A stretch of DNA of 64,000 nt from Clostridia bacterium. Its GTDB lineage: Bacteria; Bacillota; Clostridia; Oscillospirales; Acutalibacteraceae. The stretch covers positions 3,350-67,349 of the forward strand of contig JAFRXY010000098.1 in the NCBI GenBank assembly GCA_017441385.1, written 5' to 3'. Below are positions 35,726 through 43,737 of this stretch, one piece after another. Under the pieces are notes generated by a model. The model made no database searches. It saw only the letters and a program-made list of their open reading frames with translations, and was not told where the DNA came from. Position numbers and translations under genes: made by a program. Positions within the stretch are counted from its first letter, which is position 1. Each line of letters begins with the position of its first letter.

Positions 35726-37147
35726 ATGAAATTTTTGAATCACTCATGGCAATATAAAAACAGTTATATTAAAAAAGCAGCCGCTCTGATTGTATCCGTC
35801 CTGATGATGACGGCGTTTGCCCTCTCGGTCAGCGCGGGAAATCATTCCGTTCCGCGTTCGGGCAATTCGGCCTACGACATGAGGACTTCCAGAAAAACGT
35901 CCACCACCGGGGCATTATCGACGACGGCCACAACAGCCGGCAACTCCGCAACATCAACCACTTCCCGCGCGGCATCCACCACCACACGTCCCACCGGTTC
36001 GGAAGTGAATGAGAATGCCGTCGAGGATGCTGTGCAGACGGCGACTGAGCTTAATGAGGACGGCACACCGAAAATCACGGCAGGTTCCGCGATTGTGATG
36101 GATTGCGATACGGGCATGGTGCTTTACGGAGTCAATGAAAACAAGCAGATGCCAATGGCAAGTACCACCAAGATCATGACGTGTATTCTTGCGCTGGAAA
36201 GCGGCGATCTCGGACGCACCATCACTGTCACGGAAGACTGTATGCAGCTGCTTGACGGCACTCAGATAGGCTTATTGCCGGGATACAGGATAACCATGTA
36301 CGATCTTTGCGTCGGTATGATGATGTATTCAGGCAATGACGCGGCCAATACAGCCGCTGTGGCGGTCAGCGGAAGTATTCCCGCCTTCGTTTCGCTTATG
36401 AATGAAAAGGCGACGCAGCTCGGTATGCTCAACACCCATTTCGATACACCTTCGGGACTGGATCAGTTTTCCGACGGAGCACATTATTCCTCCGCATACG
36501 ATATGGCGCTTCTGGGAAGATATGCCATGCAGAACCCAGATTTCTGTGACATTGTCGGCTTCAAGGCGCGAAACATTTACTATGACGAATTCCCGAAGGG
36601 ACGTATGCTGGTTACCCACAATTACCTCATGCAGGGACAGAAATTCGGTTATGAAGGATGTGACGGCATCAAGACCGGCGTGACAAATCTGGCGGGACAG
36701 TGCCTTGTGTCGCATGTCACTTCCAAGGAAGGTCTTCATCTGGTTTGTGTCACCCTCAATAATCTCAACCGCTGGAACGACCACAAGACGCTTTACAATT
36801 ACGCCAAGAGCCTTTACGAGCAGGCAGCTGTAGATCCCGATATTTCCGCTTTTGACGCGACAGTGGTGGGCGGCAGCAGAAAGCATGTCAAGGTGGAATG
36901 CAAGACGGCGCAGACTTACAATGTCCTGAAAAGCCAGTCTAAGGACGTTGTCAGGGAGCTGGTCTACGATCAGTTCCTCTATGCCCCGATCAGTCAGGGC
37001 GATGTGCTGGGGCATCTCAGATATTCGATCAGCGGCATCGTCATTGCCGATTACCCCATCACTGCCACCGAGGATATCCGTTCGGTAACAAACGGCTGGT
37101 TCACAGACTATATCAAAGCGATAAGAGAAAGAGCAGAAAATTCATAA
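35726..37147 (+). CDS. D-alanyl-D-alanine carboxypeptidase (S11, DacB/DacF-like)
   Basis: Signal/TM segment, a Thr/Ser-rich linker, SxxK (ASTTKIMT), SGN (YSGND), KTG (IKTGVT), and a C-terminal PBP5_C-like domain. Confidence 0.9.
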   Translation: MKFLNHSWQYKNSYIKKAAALIVSVLMMTAFALSVSAGNHSVPRSGNSAYDMRTSRKTSTTGALSTTATTAGNSATSTTSRAASTTTRPTGSEVNENAVEDAVQTATELNEDGTPKITAGSAIVMDCDTGMVLYGVNENKQMPMASTTKIMTCILALESGDLGRTITVTEDCMQLLDGTQIGLLPGYRITMYDLCVGMMMYSGNDAANTAAVAVSGSIPAFVSLMNEKATQLGMLNTHFDTPSGLDQFSDGAHYSSAYDMALLGRYAMQNPDFCDIVGFKARNIYYDEFPKGRMLVTHNYLMQGQKFGYEGCDGIKTGVTNLAGQCLVSHVTSKEGLHLVCVTLNNLNRWNDHKTLYNYAKSLYEQAAVDPDISAFDATVVGGSRKHVKVECKTAQTYNVLKSQSKDVVRELVYDQFLYAPISQGDVLGHLRYSISGIVIADYPITATEDIRSVTNGWFTDYIKAIRERAENS

Positions 37148-37158
37148 AGGAGATAATT

Positions 37159-37965
37159 ATGGCTGAGAAGATCAGGCTTCAGAAGCTGATTGCCGATTGC
37201 GGTATCGCGTCCCGCCGCAAGGCGGAGCAGCTCATCGCGGAAGGAAAAGTGAGAGTCAACGGCAGAATCGCCGCAATAGGCGACAAAGTTGACCCTGTCA
37301 ATGATAAAATAACTGTGGGCAGCCGAAAACTGCTGCCCCAGACCAGCCGCAAGGTCTACATAATGCTGCACAAGCCCAGAGGGTTCGTTACGACGATGGA
37401 GGACGAGCTGGGACGCAAATGCGTCGCGGAGCTTGTGGCAAATGTCGAGCAGAGAGTGTTCCCTGTCGGCAGGCTTGACCGGGACAGCGAGGGACTGCTG
37501 CTCATGACCAACGACGGCGATTTTGCCAACAGGATTTCACACCCCCGCAGTCACGTTTCCAAGACCTACCGCGTCACGGTTCGCCAGCAGGTCACGGAGG
37601 AAATGCTGGCCCGACTGTCCGAGGGTCTTATGATCGACGGACAGATGACCCTTCCGGCCGATGTGAATCTCATCACCAAAGAGGAAAACCGCAATGTCAT
37701 GCAGATCACGCTCTACGAAGGGCGCAACCGTCAGATCCGCAAGATGTGCGAGGAACTGGGGCTGGAAGTCATCCGGCTGAAACGCACCGCCGTGGGAAAT
37801 GTCAAGCTGGGCATGCTGAAACCCGGCGACTGGCGCGACCTGAGCGACGATGAACTCCGTTCGCTGATGGCTTCGGCGCAGATTTCCGCCTCCCGCCAGA
37901 AGAAGGCGGCCAAGGCGGCGGAGAAGGCACCCTACAAGAAGAAAAAGCACGGAAGGAATCAATAA
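37159..37965 (+). CDS. rluB: RsuA/RluB-family rRNA pseudouridine synthase
   Basis: S4 domain RLQKLIADCGIASRRKAEQLI, catalytic GRLDRDSEGLLLMTNDG, and a Lys-rich tail. Confidence 0.9.
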   Translation: MAEKIRLQKLIADCGIASRRKAEQLIAEGKVRVNGRIAAIGDKVDPVNDKITVGSRKLLPQTSRKVYIMLHKPRGFVTTMEDELGRKCVAELVANVEQRVFPVGRLDRDSEGLLLMTNDGDFANRISHPRSHVSKTYRVTVRQQVTEEMLARLSEGLMIDGQMTLPADVNLITKEENRNVMQITLYEGRNRQIRKMCEELGLEVIRLKRTAVGNVKLGMLKPGDWRDLSDDELRSLMASAQISASRQKKAAKAAEKAPYKKKKHGRNQ

Positions 37966-37967
37966 AA

Positions 37968-38351
37968 ATGCTGGAAATACATCCATTGACCGACGAAGAA
38001 GCGCTGACCGGATTTCTTTCTCAGAACGGTCTGCCGGAGGACGCGGCTGTTCTGAGAGCCTATGAAAACGGCGAGGTTACCGGCAGCATTTCACTGACGC
38101 TGGAAGTCAAACCCAACGCCGATGGCGCCATGCGGGCGTTTCTGCTGATCAATACCTTCGACTACCCCGACGACTTCACCTGTGAATTAATGCTCCGCGC
38201 CGCCGCGTCCTTTGCCTTCAACCGCATGATACCGGAGGTGAGGGCGGATTCCTCCATGCGGAACGGAATATTTGACAGAATGGGCTTTCAGGACGACGGA
38301 AAATATTTGACAATTGCTACACAAAACGTGGTGCATTTCTGTAAAAAATAG
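37968..38351 (+). CDS. hypothetical small protein (possibly a degenerate GNAT-like fold)
   Basis: The ORF starts 2 nt after the rluB stop. No diagnostic motif was found. Confidence 0.5.
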   Translation: MLEIHPLTDEEALTGFLSQNGLPEDAAVLRAYENGEVTGSISLTLEVKPNADGAMRAFLLINTFDYPDDFTCELMLRAAASFAFNRMIPEVRADSSMRNGIFDRMGFQDDGKYLTIATQNVVHFCKK

Positions 38352-38381
38352 GGAATTTGCGTCGGAAATTCAAATAATCCC

Positions 38382-38410
38382 TTGTATATGCCGCAGTTGT
38401 GTAATATAAT
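38382..38410 (+). promoter_or_regulatory. sigma-A promoter of the biotin-enzyme operon
   Basis: TTGTAT 38382-38387, a 17-nt spacer, then TATAAT 38405-38410. Confidence 0.5.
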
Positions 38411-38507
38411 GATTACAAATATTTATCAATTACAGTGGGAAAGTAGCGCCTTGCTTTAAGAAGGCCTCTGCTTGCCCATCCTGTTGTAAATTGTAGGAGG
38501 TTCAGCA

Positions 38508-39902
38508 ATGAGTTTAGAAAGCAAATTGCAGGAGGTCAGCGATACCAAAGCCGCCGTCAAGAAAACCGTGGCCTACGACCGCCTGTCAAAGCTCTTTGAC
38601 GAGGGTACCATGGTGGAATTCGACTCGCTGGTCAAATCCGAGGGCGGCCTTGCCGAAGTCGTCACCGCATACGGCACGATCGACGGTCTGCCGGCGTATG
38701 CTTTCGCCCAGAACGGCGATATTACCGGCGGCGCTATCTCCAAGGCACAGGCACGCAAGATCAAGAAGGTTTACGATTTTGCCGCTAAAACAGGCGCTCC
38801 TGTCATCGGCATTTACGATTCACAGGGTGCGCGTCTAAAACAGGGCGGCGCCATTCTCGCGGCTTACGGCGACATGCTGCTCTGGAGCAGCAGTCTTTCC
38901 GGCGTGGTTCCGCAGATATCCGTCATCGCCGGCACCTGCGTCGGCACCAATGCCCTCATTGCCAGCTGCGCCGATATTGTGATTGCCGTCAAGGACGTGG
39001 ACTTCGGCATTGAAACCAACGGCAGCGAACGCAAGAGCGAAGACGTGGGGGAGAGTGTACATATTCTTTCCAAGACCATCGACGACGCGCTGGCCAAGGC
39101 ACGCACGCTGGTGGCCATGCTTCCCTCCAACAATCTCAGTGTGGCTCTGAGCGCGGATTATAATGAACCCACCGTTTCGGGTGACGAATTGGACGCTGTT
39201 TCCGCCGCCGTCGGCACCGAAACCCGCGTGATTTCCTACATTATTGCGGGCATCGTGGACGAAGGCAGTCTGGTGGACTTCCAGACGGGTCACGGCAGAA
39301 GCGTGCTGACCGGTCTTGCCACCGTCAACGGGCAGACCGTCGGTGTGGTTTCCACCAGAAGCCGTTACAACAGCGGCAAAATGGACGCGAACGGCGCGGC
39401 GAAGGCAGCCCGTTTCGTGAGATTCTGCGACGCTTTCTCCATTCCGGTCATCACCCTTGTGGATACCTACGGCTTTGAAACCGTACGCGACGCCGCCAAG
39501 CTGATGCACGCCTACGCCGAAGCCACTACCGTCAAGATGGCGATCATCATCGGCGCGGCTTACGGCCCGGCCTTCGTCGCACTGGCGGGACGTGCCGCCA
39601 ACGCCGATTTCACCGTCGCATGGCCGAATGCCGTTATTGCCCCTCTTGCCCCCGAAACCTTCACCGCGATTATGTATAACGATGAGCTGAAGGGCGTGGA
39701 AGATCCGGTCGCCAAGCGTGCCGAGATTGAGGACGATTACAGAAACACCCTCGCTTCTCCCGCCGCTGCGGCATCGGAAGGATATATTGACGACGTGATC
39801 GCTCCGGCAGACACCCGCGCCACTGTTGTGGCAGCGCTGGATATGCTGGCTTCCAAGAAGGTTTCCCGCCTTCCCAAGAAGCATTCCAACATTCAGCTTT
39901 GA
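38508..39902 (+). CDS. acyl-CoA carboxyltransferase (12S/PccB/MmdA-like, divergent and short)
   Basis: It has two crotonase-like halves. The N-terminal half has FAQNGDITGGAISKAQARKI...PVIGIYDSQGARLKQG. The C-terminal half has GQTVGVVS...AAKAARFVRFCDAFSIPVITLVDTYGF. Confidence 0.8.
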   Translation: MSLESKLQEVSDTKAAVKKTVAYDRLSKLFDEGTMVEFDSLVKSEGGLAEVVTAYGTIDGLPAYAFAQNGDITGGAISKAQARKIKKVYDFAAKTGAPVIGIYDSQGARLKQGGAILAAYGDMLLWSSSLSGVVPQISVIAGTCVGTNALIASCADIVIAVKDVDFGIETNGSERKSEDVGESVHILSKTIDDALAKARTLVAMLPSNNLSVALSADYNEPTVSGDELDAVSAAVGTETRVISYIIAGIVDEGSLVDFQTGHGRSVLTGLATVNGQTVGVVSTRSRYNSGKMDANGAAKAARFVRFCDAFSIPVITLVDTYGFETVRDAAKLMHAYAEATTVKMAIIIGAAYGPAFVALAGRAANADFTVAWPNAVIAPLAPETFTAIMYNDELKGVEDPVAKRAEIEDDYRNTLASPAAAASEGYIDDVIAPADTRATVVAALDMLASKKVSRLPKKHSNIQL

Positions 39903-39947
39903 TTGATTCATTATTCATAATGTGACATAGTTCAGGAGGAATTATCC

Positions 39948-40313
39948 ATGAAAAACTTAAAGATTACCGTAAATGGCGTTGCATATGACGTACAGGTGGA
40001 AGAAGTCGGGGGCGACAGCGTTTCCGCTGCTCCTGCCGCACCGGCTCCGGCTGCCCCCAAGGCGCCCGCGGCACCTGCCGCCCCCAAGGCGCCGGTGGAG
40101 GGCGAAACCGTCAATTCACCCATGCCCGGCACGGTGCTTGACGTTCAGATCAAGCCCGGAGATTATGTAAAATCGGGCGATACCCTTCTTGTTCTCGAAG
40201 CCATGAAGATGGAGAACGCCATTGCCGCGCCCAAGGACGGCAAGGTGGTCGAGGTGTACGTCATCAAGGGTCAGACCGTTGAATCCGGCACCGCGCTTGT
40301 CACAATCGGCTGA
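39948..40313 (+). CDS. biotin carboxyl carrier subunit (1.3S/MmdC-like)
   Basis: The N-terminus MKNLKITVNGVAYDVQVEEV resembles the transcarboxylase 1.3S start MKLKVTVNGTAYDVDVDV (from memory). It has an Ala/Pro linker and the biotinylation motif LEAMKMEN. Confidence 0.88.
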   Translation: MKNLKITVNGVAYDVQVEEVGGDSVSAAPAAPAPAAPKAPAAPAAPKAPVEGETVNSPMPGTVLDVQIKPGDYVKSGDTLLVLEAMKMENAIAAPKDGKVVEVYVIKGQTVESGTALVTIG

Positions 40314-40334
40314 TAGCGGACGGGAGGCAAACAT

Positions 40335-41732
40335 ATGGCACAGATCAAAATTACCGAAACGGTGCTGCGCGACGCGCATCAGTCGCTGATCGCCACCAGA
40401 ATGACCACAGAGGAAATGCGTCCCATGCTCGCCGATCTCGACAAGGTCGGATTCCATTCGCTGGAATGCTGGGGCGGCGCGACCTTCGACGCCTGCCTTC
40501 GTTTTCTCAATGAAGATCCGTGGGAACGCCTGAGAACCATCCGCAAGGCGTGCCCCAACACCAAGCTGCAAATGCTCTTCCGCGGGCAGAATATGCTGGG
40601 CTACCGTCATTACGCCGACGACGTGGTGGAATATTTCGTGGAGAAATCCATTGACAACGGCATTGACATCATGCGCATTTTCGACGCGCTCAACGATATC
40701 CGCAATCTGGAAACCTCCATCAACGCCGCCAAGAAATACGGCGGACATGTGCAGGGCTGCATTTCCTACACCACCGGCCCTGTCTTCACACTTGATTATT
40801 TCACAAAATATGCCAAGACGCTGGAGGACACCGGCGCGGACTCCATCTGCATCAAGGATATGGCGGGTCTTCTCACGCCCTATGGCACCTACGACCTTGT
40901 GAAGGCGCTCAAGGAAACCGTGAAGATTCCGATTCAGCTCCACACCCACTATACTTCCGGTCTTGCCTCCATGTCCATGCTCAAGGCCATTGAAGCCGGC
41001 GTGGATGTGGTGGACACCGCTATGTCCCCCATGGCGCTGGGTACGTCCCATCCGGCAACGGAATCCATGGTCGCCGCTTTGCAGGGTACCGAATACGACA
41101 CAGGACTTGACCTCAACCTGCTTGCCAAGATCCGGGATTACGTCGAAACCCTCCGCCAGAAGTATCTCAGCAGCGGTCTGATGAATCCCAAGGTGCTGGA
41201 AGTCGATTCCAAGACGCTGCTCTATCAGGTACCGGGCGGAATGCTTTCCAACCTCGTTTCACAGCTCAAGGACGCCGGCAAGCTGGACAAGCTCAGCGAC
41301 GTGCTGAATGAAGTGCCGCGCGTGCGTGAGGACGCGGGATATCCGCCGCTGGTCACGCCGACCTCCCAGATCGTCGGCACACAGGCCGTGCTGAATGTCA
41401 TCATGGGCGAACGCTACAAGATGACCACCAAGGAATTCAAGGGACTTGTGCAGGGCACTTACGGCAGAACGCCGATGCCCATCGACCCCGCCTTCCGCAA
41501 GAAGATCATCGGTGATCTCGAACCCATCGACTGCCGTCCCGCCGACCTCATCAAGCCGGAGCTGGATACTCTCCGCGACGAAATGACCGAGTATCTCGAG
41601 CAGGAAGAGGACGTTCTCTCCTACGCCTGCTTCGGACAGGTCGCCACCAAATTTTTCCAGAACCGCAGAGACGCCCTGTACGGCATCGACAGCGCCCATT
41701 TCAATTCGGCGGAGAAAGTGCATCCCGTATAA
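40335..41732 (+). CDS. oxaloacetate/pyruvate carboxyltransferase (5S / OadA N-terminal-domain-like, no biotin domain)
   Basis: ITETVLRDAHQSLIATRMTTEEM, ECWGGATFD, IKDMAGLL and HTHYTSGLA (TIM-barrel metal site). At 465 aa it has no fused lipoyl/biotinyl domain. Confidence 0.88.
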   Translation: MAQIKITETVLRDAHQSLIATRMTTEEMRPMLADLDKVGFHSLECWGGATFDACLRFLNEDPWERLRTIRKACPNTKLQMLFRGQNMLGYRHYADDVVEYFVEKSIDNGIDIMRIFDALNDIRNLETSINAAKKYGGHVQGCISYTTGPVFTLDYFTKYAKTLEDTGADSICIKDMAGLLTPYGTYDLVKALKETVKIPIQLHTHYTSGLASMSMLKAIEAGVDVVDTAMSPMALGTSHPATESMVAALQGTEYDTGLDLNLLAKIRDYVETLRQKYLSSGLMNPKVLEVDSKTLLYQVPGGMLSNLVSQLKDAGKLDKLSDVLNEVPRVREDAGYPPLVTPTSQIVGTQAVLNVIMGERYKMTTKEFKGLVQGTYGRTPMPIDPAFRKKIIGDLEPIDCRPADLIKPELDTLRDEMTEYLEQEEDVLSYACFGQVATKFFQNRRDALYGIDSAHFNSAEKVHPV

Positions 41733-41761
41733 TTATTTCTATCAGCCAGTAAAGAAACCGT

Positions 41762-41802
41762 TCCCCGATATTTTTTCACCGGAAGAATATCGGGGATTTT
41801 TT
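41762..41802 (+). terminator. intrinsic terminator after the biotin-enzyme operon
   Basis: TCCCCGATATT 41762-41772 pairs with AATATCGGGGA 41786-41796, followed by TTTTTT. Confidence 0.75.
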
Positions 41803-41880
41803 AAGATTTATGCGTTTCCCGCCAACCGTTTTTGAAAAAACGGGGTTATACAGATGAAATACAAAAACGAGGTGACTCAT

Positions 41881-42174
41881 ATGAAATTGCATAAGGTTGA
41901 AACCTATGACGCGGGCTATGGGGAAAATTCCCAGAATGCCACGCTGATCAAGGCGGTTGTTGCTACGGCCGCCGCTGCCGCTGTAATGGGAGGGCTGACC
42001 GGCTGTTTCGGCAATTCGATTTCGGGCAATATGGAATACCGGCCGCCTGAGTATGACGGATACATGAGCGTTTCGGATTCGGATTTTTCAAGCGATCCTT
42101 CCGCCTGTTCTTCGGAGAATGAAATGTTTACCCTCGACGGCGATGTGGCTTATGTGCCCTCGGAACAAGGCTGA
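41881..42174 (+). CDS. small acidic lipoprotein-like protein, paralog A (97 aa)
   Basis: GAGGTG RBS lies 6 nt before ATG 41881. Sequence: MKLHKVETYDAGY..., hydrophobic segment ending in lipobox-like LTGC, then an acidic Ser/Asp/Tyr-rich tail. It is paralogous to the next ORF. Confidence 0.6.
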   Translation: MKLHKVETYDAGYGENSQNATLIKAVVATAAAAAVMGGLTGCFGNSISGNMEYRPPEYDGYMSVSDSDFSSDPSACSSENEMFTLDGDVAYVPSEQG

Positions 42175-42191
42175 AACGGAGGTTTTATATC

Positions 42192-42494
42192 ATGGAAAAA
42201 AGAAAGATCGAAAGCTATGACGACGGATATTCCCACAGCGATATCGTGAAGCGGGTGACCGCCGCTGCCTCGGCGCTGCTGCTCTGCGGCAGTCTGACCG
42301 CCTGTCACAGGAACAGCCCGGATGAGAAGATTATGGGCAATATGGTTTATCAGCCGTCCGTGTCGGAATCGGATATTTCTTCGGACGATGATTTTTCATT
42401 GGACGGGGAAGAGCGGTATTATCCCGTTGAGGATGATTCTTCCAGCGAGTCCTACATGGGCGATCTGACCATTGAAGCGTCTGAGTGGGACTGA
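42192..42494 (+). CDS. small acidic lipoprotein-like protein, paralog B (100 aa)
   Basis: GGAGG RBS. Sequence: MEKRKIESYDDGY..., lipobox-like LTAC, and shared motifs GNMxYxP, SVS[DE]SD[FI]SSD, F[TS]LDG[DE] and YxPxE. Confidence 0.6.
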   Translation: MEKRKIESYDDGYSHSDIVKRVTAAASALLLCGSLTACHRNSPDEKIMGNMVYQPSVSESDISSDDDFSLDGEERYYPVEDDSSSESYMGDLTIEASEWD

Positions 42495-43567
42495 GCATCA
42501 TGAATATCTCACTCGTCCTGACCAAGCAGTGCAACCTGCGCTGCCGCTACTGCTTTGAAACGCATGAGAATGTCTATATGTCGGAGGAAACGGCGCTGAA
42601 AGCCATCGATATGGCGGTGAGCGACGGTGGGAATCGTGTGGGCGTTTCCTTCTTCGGGGGAGAACCGCTGCTCTGCAAGCCGCTGATCTACCGATGTGTG
42701 GAATATTCCAGACAATTTGCCGATGTACAATTCAGTTGGAACATGACCACCAACGGACTGCTGCTGGACGACGAATTCCTCCGGTTTGCCGTCAAAGAAA
42801 AAATCGAAATCGCCATGTCCCACGACGGCCTAATGAGCCGGGCCAACCGGCTTTACCCGGGAGGGAAGGACTGCCTTGCCGCGCTGGACGAAAAGCTCCG
42901 GCTGCTGCTGACATACCGCCCCGGCGCCTTCATCATGGCGACGGCTACACCCGATACGGCGGGAACGGTTTTCGAGTCGCTGAAACACCTCATCGATCTG
43001 GGAGTCAGGCGCTTCAATCTGGCGATCGATTCACGCCCCGAAGCCGGCTGGGACGAGGAAAGCATGGATAGTTTGTCCGGACAGCTTGCCATGCTCGGCG
43101 ATCTGATTTTCGAAAAATTCAGCGGGGGAGAGGATATCTATTTCAATCCCTTTGAGGAAAAAATTCTCGACATCACAAAAGACAGGCCGTGCCACGTCTG
43201 TAAACTGGGAATGCGCAAGCCCTACATCGACTGGGACGGGAATATTTACCCCTGCATTCAGTTCGGCGGCGTGCCGGCATACCGCATGGGCAGCGTAGCG
43301 GAGGGCGTTGACCTGTCGCTGAGAGAGGCGATCTATCAAAGCAGCCTGCAAAAGCCGACCTTTTGCGAAGACTGCGCGATGAAAAAAAGATGCGTCAACG
43401 ACTGCGCCTGCCTGAATTTCCAACAGTGCGGCGACATGGCGCAGGTGAGCGGCGAACAGTGCGCCTATCAGCGTATTCTTATCACACGCGCCGATGAAAT
43501 GGCAAGGAAAATGCTGGAAACAGACGAAAAGCATTTTATGAAAAGATTTATTTCAGATACAAAATAA
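42485..43567 (+). CDS. radical SAM enzyme with full SPASM domain (anSME-like architecture)
   Basis: CNLRCRYC (CX3CX2C) close to the N-terminus, and GGEPLL. The SPASM pattern is C-x12-G-x4-C (CKLGMRKPYIDWDGNIYPC) plus C-x2-C-x5-C-x3-C (CEDCAMKKRCVNDC). The start is GTG 42485 (overlapping paralog B by 10 nt) or ATG 42500. Confidence 0.88.
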   Translation: MGLSIMNISLVLTKQCNLRCRYCFETHENVYMSEETALKAIDMAVSDGGNRVGVSFFGGEPLLCKPLIYRCVEYSRQFADVQFSWNMTTNGLLLDDEFLRFAVKEKIEIAMSHDGLMSRANRLYPGGKDCLAALDEKLRLLLTYRPGAFIMATATPDTAGTVFESLKHLIDLGVRRFNLAIDSRPEAGWDEESMDSLSGQLAMLGDLIFEKFSGGEDIYFNPFEEKILDITKDRPCHVCKLGMRKPYIDWDGNIYPCIQFGGVPAYRMGSVAEGVDLSLREAIYQSSLQKPTFCEDCAMKKRCVNDCACLNFQQCGDMAQVSGEQCAYQRILITRADEMARKMLETDEKHFMKRFISDTK

Positions 43568-43577
43568 AAGGCAACAA

Positions 43578-43640
43578 GGCGTTCAACCGCGTATTATCGG
43601 TAAAAAGCAACGGTAAAAAAGCGGTTGGAGCCTTTATTTT
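43578..43640 (+). terminator. probable intrinsic terminator after the rSAM gene
   Basis: GGCGTTCAACCGC 43578-43590 pairs with GCGGTTGGAGCC 43621-43632, with one bulge, one G-U pair and a 30-nt loop. TTTATTTT follows. Confidence 0.45.
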
Positions 43641-43644
43641 TGCA

Positions 43645-43673
43645 TTGCAATTTTATGATAAATCTGATATAAT
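43645..43673 (+). promoter_or_regulatory. sigma-A promoter with extended -10 for the LtaS-like genes
   Basis: TTGCAA 43645-43650, a 17-nt spacer, then TGaTATAAT ending at 43673. Confidence 0.55.
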
Positions 43674-43737
43674 ACGAATTACAGCTTATTATAGGTATTG
43701 AGGACAACAGATTGATTGGTTGTAGGAGGAAAGGCAA

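Noticed and set aside
41881-42494. The two small proteins as OadG/MmdD-type membrane anchor subunits of a Na+-pumping decarboxylase, given that they follow the OadA-like gene.
   Set aside because: A strong terminator separates them from the biotin-enzyme operon. No beta (channel) subunit is present. OadG-type subunits have the TM helix at the extreme N-terminus and lack the acidic Ser/Asp tails seen here.
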